From contig CAWDVE010000014.1 in NCBI GenBank assembly GCA_963805625.1, forward strand, positions 1 to 64,000: a stretch of DNA of 64,000 nucleotides, in the 5' to 3' direction. The DNA is from an uncultured Candidatus Rokubacteria bacterium (GTDB lineage: Bacteria; Methylomirabilota; Methylomirabilia; Rokubacteriales; DASRDR01). A model generated the notes under the pieces. That model did not search any database and had not been told where the DNA came from. It saw only the letters and a program-made list of their open reading frames with translations. Shown piece by piece: positions 61,842 to 64,000 of the stretch (its first letter is position 1; every line of letters begins with the position of its first letter). A program made the translations under genes and the position numbers.

Positions 61842-62489
61842 GTGGGGGCACTTCAAGAGTTCGTCGGCAACTTTACGTACGTTGGCATTTTCCTGGTGCT
61901 CCTGCTCGGGAGCCTGGGAGTGCCAATCCCTGAGGAAATGCCGATCATCGCGGCCGCCGTGTTGAGCCACGAGGGTATCGTCCGGTGGTGGCTTGTGCTG
62001 CCCGTCTGCCTGCTGGGGGTGCTATCCGGCGATATGGTGCTCTACTGGGTCGGCCGGCACTGGGGTGAGCAGGTCCTCAACTGGCGACTGGTTCGGCTGG
62101 TCCTGTCGTCCGCGCGGGAGCAGTGGCTGAAGGCCGCGTATCGACGGCATGCCCTGAAGACCGTCGTCACGGCACGGCACATCATGGGACTGCGCGCCGC
62201 CGCGTTTCTGACCGCAGGCAGTGCGAGCGTTCCGTTCTGGAAGTTCGTGGTGGCGGACGCAGGCGCCGCCTTATTCGGCGTCCCGTTGGCGTTCGGGTTC
62301 GCGTACTTCTTTACGGATCAGATCAAAGCCATCATGGCCGATGTGCACCGGGCAGAGCGCTGGCTCGGTCTCGCTGGCCTCCTGGCGCTAGCGGCGATGC
62401 TGGTTGTCGGCGTGTGGCGATGGCATCGTCGCGTCGGGAAGGAGCGTCTGGACGAGGAACCGGCCGCGGGACATTCGCCGCCGCCATGA
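61842..62489 (+). CDS. DedA-family membrane protein
   Basis: GVPIPEE, GDMVLYWVGRHWG, ARHIMGLR, AG...VPFWKF...D. Confidence 0.9.
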   Translation: MGALQEFVGNFTYVGIFLVLLLGSLGVPIPEEMPIIAAAVLSHEGIVRWWLVLPVCLLGVLSGDMVLYWVGRHWGEQVLNWRLVRLVLSSAREQWLKAAYRRHALKTVVTARHIMGLRAAAFLTAGSASVPFWKFVVADAGAALFGVPLAFGFAYFFTDQIKAIMADVHRAERWLGLAGLLALAAMLVVGVWRWHRRVGKERLDEEPAAGHSPPP

Positions 62490-62567
62490 GCGCTCGGGAT
62501 GGCGACCTATCACCGGTGCGAAGGACGAGCGAATAGTGGCCACCTTCTTCCGTCGCCGTGGGGGTGA

Positions 62568-63362
62568 TTGTGGCCCTACGAGAGTCCCGAGCGGGAGCCG
62601 CTCCTCCAGGCGGGCTATCGCGCGCTCCTGGGCGTGCCGTTGCTCCGGGAGGAGCAGGTGATCGGCGCACTGTCGGTCATCCGCAAGACGCCGGGCGACT
62701 TCGCACCGGAGGTGGTGCGCGTGCTCATGACGTTTGCCACTCAGTCGGCGCTCGCCGTCCAGAATGCGCGCCTCTTCCGGGAGATCGCGGACAAGAGCCG
62801 GCAGCTCGAGGCCACGAGCCGCCACAAGTCGGAGTTCCTCGCCAACATGTCCCACGAGCTGCGGACCCCGCTGAACGCGATCCTCGGCTTCTCGGAGGTG
62901 CTGGCCGAGCGGATGTTCGGCGAGGTGAACGAGAAGCAGGCCGAGTACCTCCAGGACATCCTGTCCTACGAGCACGATTCCCATCGTCACGACTGCGAAG
63001 GGGCATTCGCGGCGATAGCCCGAGAGCGCGCGGGGGCTCTCCTGGTCGTGCCGGACGCGGTGTTTGGTCTCCACCGAGCACAGCTCCAGGACTTCGCCGC
63101 CAAGAGCGGCCTCCCGGCCATGTACGGCTTGAGGGAACATCCAGAGGCCGGTGGCCTCATGAGCTACGCTGTCGATCTGCGTGATAGTTTCCGTCGCTCC
63201 GCGACGTACGTCGACAAGATCCTGAAAGGCGCCCAGCCCGCCGACCTTCCCGTGGAACAGCCCACCAAGTTCGAGCTCGTCATCAACCTGAAGACCGCGA
63301 AGGCGCTCGGCCTCACCATCCCGCCGTCGGTGCTCGCGCGGGTGGACGAGGTGATCCAATAG
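62568..63362 (+). pseudogene. chimeric remnant: GAF-HisKA fragment fused to the C-terminal half of an ABC_sub_bind protein
   Basis: LLGVPL...[31 protein letters not shown], junction near 62965, then GLPAMYG...GGLMSY...[18 protein letters not shown]. Confidence 0.8.
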
Positions 63363-63377
63363 TGGACAGGCGAGCCT

Positions 63378-63881
63378 TCATGGCTGGTACCGTTGTCCTC
63401 CTCGCCGCGCCGCCCGCCGCAAGCGGCCTCGATGCCGAAGCCCCGGTGGCTGACCGCTGAAGACCCGGCTCGTGGCGAACCCCCCTCGTGGCGTAGTCGA
63501 GCGACCTGGCCTCGGATCGACACGCGCCGCCCCGGGGCCCACCGTCCCCCAGATCTCGTCGAGACCGATGTCGACGAGGAGCCCGCCCCGGTAGTCCAGG
63601 ACGCGCTGCCGCGGGATCACGCACCCGCGTCGGTGGACGGCCTCCTCGAGCCCGAGCCTCCGGAGCGCCCGGACGCCATTGGCCGGAAGAAAGACGCCGG
63701 TGCCGACCTGCTCCTCTTGGCCCGCGCGCTCCACGATCTCGCCGGAGAGCCCCCGCTGCCGAAGCGCTCGCGCCAGCGCCAGCCCGGCGATTCCCCCGCC
63801 GACGATCAGAATTCGCGGAGCCCGGAGCATCGCTCTCTGCCGGCACGCCGGCTCGGGGTCGTCAAGTGCCGAGTCCGTCAC
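63378..63881 (-). pseudogene. N-terminal part of an FAD-dependent monooxygenase, truncated
   Basis: ILIVGGGIAGLALA...ER...GTG..L.ANGVRALRRLG. Similarity is lost after about 63540. Confidence 0.75.
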
Positions 63882-64000
63882 CCGAGCGTGCGCCGGCGGG
63901 CGGGGCCATGCCGAGGATGCGGGCGACGTTCCCCTCCGAGAAGTAGTCGGCTGGCGAAACGACCCCGGCGTACGTACGGGCGAAACCGTCCATCGCCTCC
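63878..64000 (-). CDS. C-terminus of a gene running in from the right edge (possibly an NAD(P)/FAD oxidoreductase)
   Basis: EAMDGFARTYAGVVSPADYFSEGNVARILG...* with its stop overlapping the next start (GTGA). Confidence 0.5.
   Translation of the reverse strand, partial: GGDGRFRPYVRRGRFASRLLLGGERRPHPRHGPARRRTLG

Noticed and set aside
1-64000. CRISPR array, rRNA, riboswitch, reverse-transcriptase or anti-phage defence genes
   Set aside because: No regularly spaced repeat-spacer array and no matching motifs seen by eye. A covariance-model and HMM scan would be needed to exclude small RNAs.

Overview
High-GC bacterial accessory region, most likely Candidatus Rokubacteria/Methylomirabilota. That is an inference from the expanded ABC_sub_bind-type solute-binding proteins, an AAA/TPR cyclase-type remnant and GAF-HisKA remnants. 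Left part (1-18.5 kb): an FhlA/NifA-type sigma-54 activator flanked by two mirror-image enhancer plus -24/-12 cassettes. These appear to drive a leftward cupin/membrane-protein operon and a rightward block of ABM, CoA-disulfide reductase, glucose dehydrogenase, GH63 glucosidase and duplicated patatins. Middle (19581-42139): a ~22.5 kb island bounded by an exact 21-bp direct repeat of the 3' end of tRNA-Glu(TTC). Its large serine recombinase reads across the att site, so integration and excision would swap its C-terminus. The cargo is an RpiR-linked catabolic cluster, relics of tyrosine-integrase elements targeting tRNA-Glu(CTC), and several IS elements. Right part (42.5-64 kb): a mosaic of gene fragments plus a translationally coupled split dikinase-type phosphotransferase-MFS operon, a KAS III enzyme, ppk1-ppgK, an L,D-transpeptidase-like protein, a site-2 protease and small membrane proteins. 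Many single-base frameshifts cannot be assigned to sequencing error or pseudogenisation from sequence alone. All family calls come from motif recognition, not database searches.
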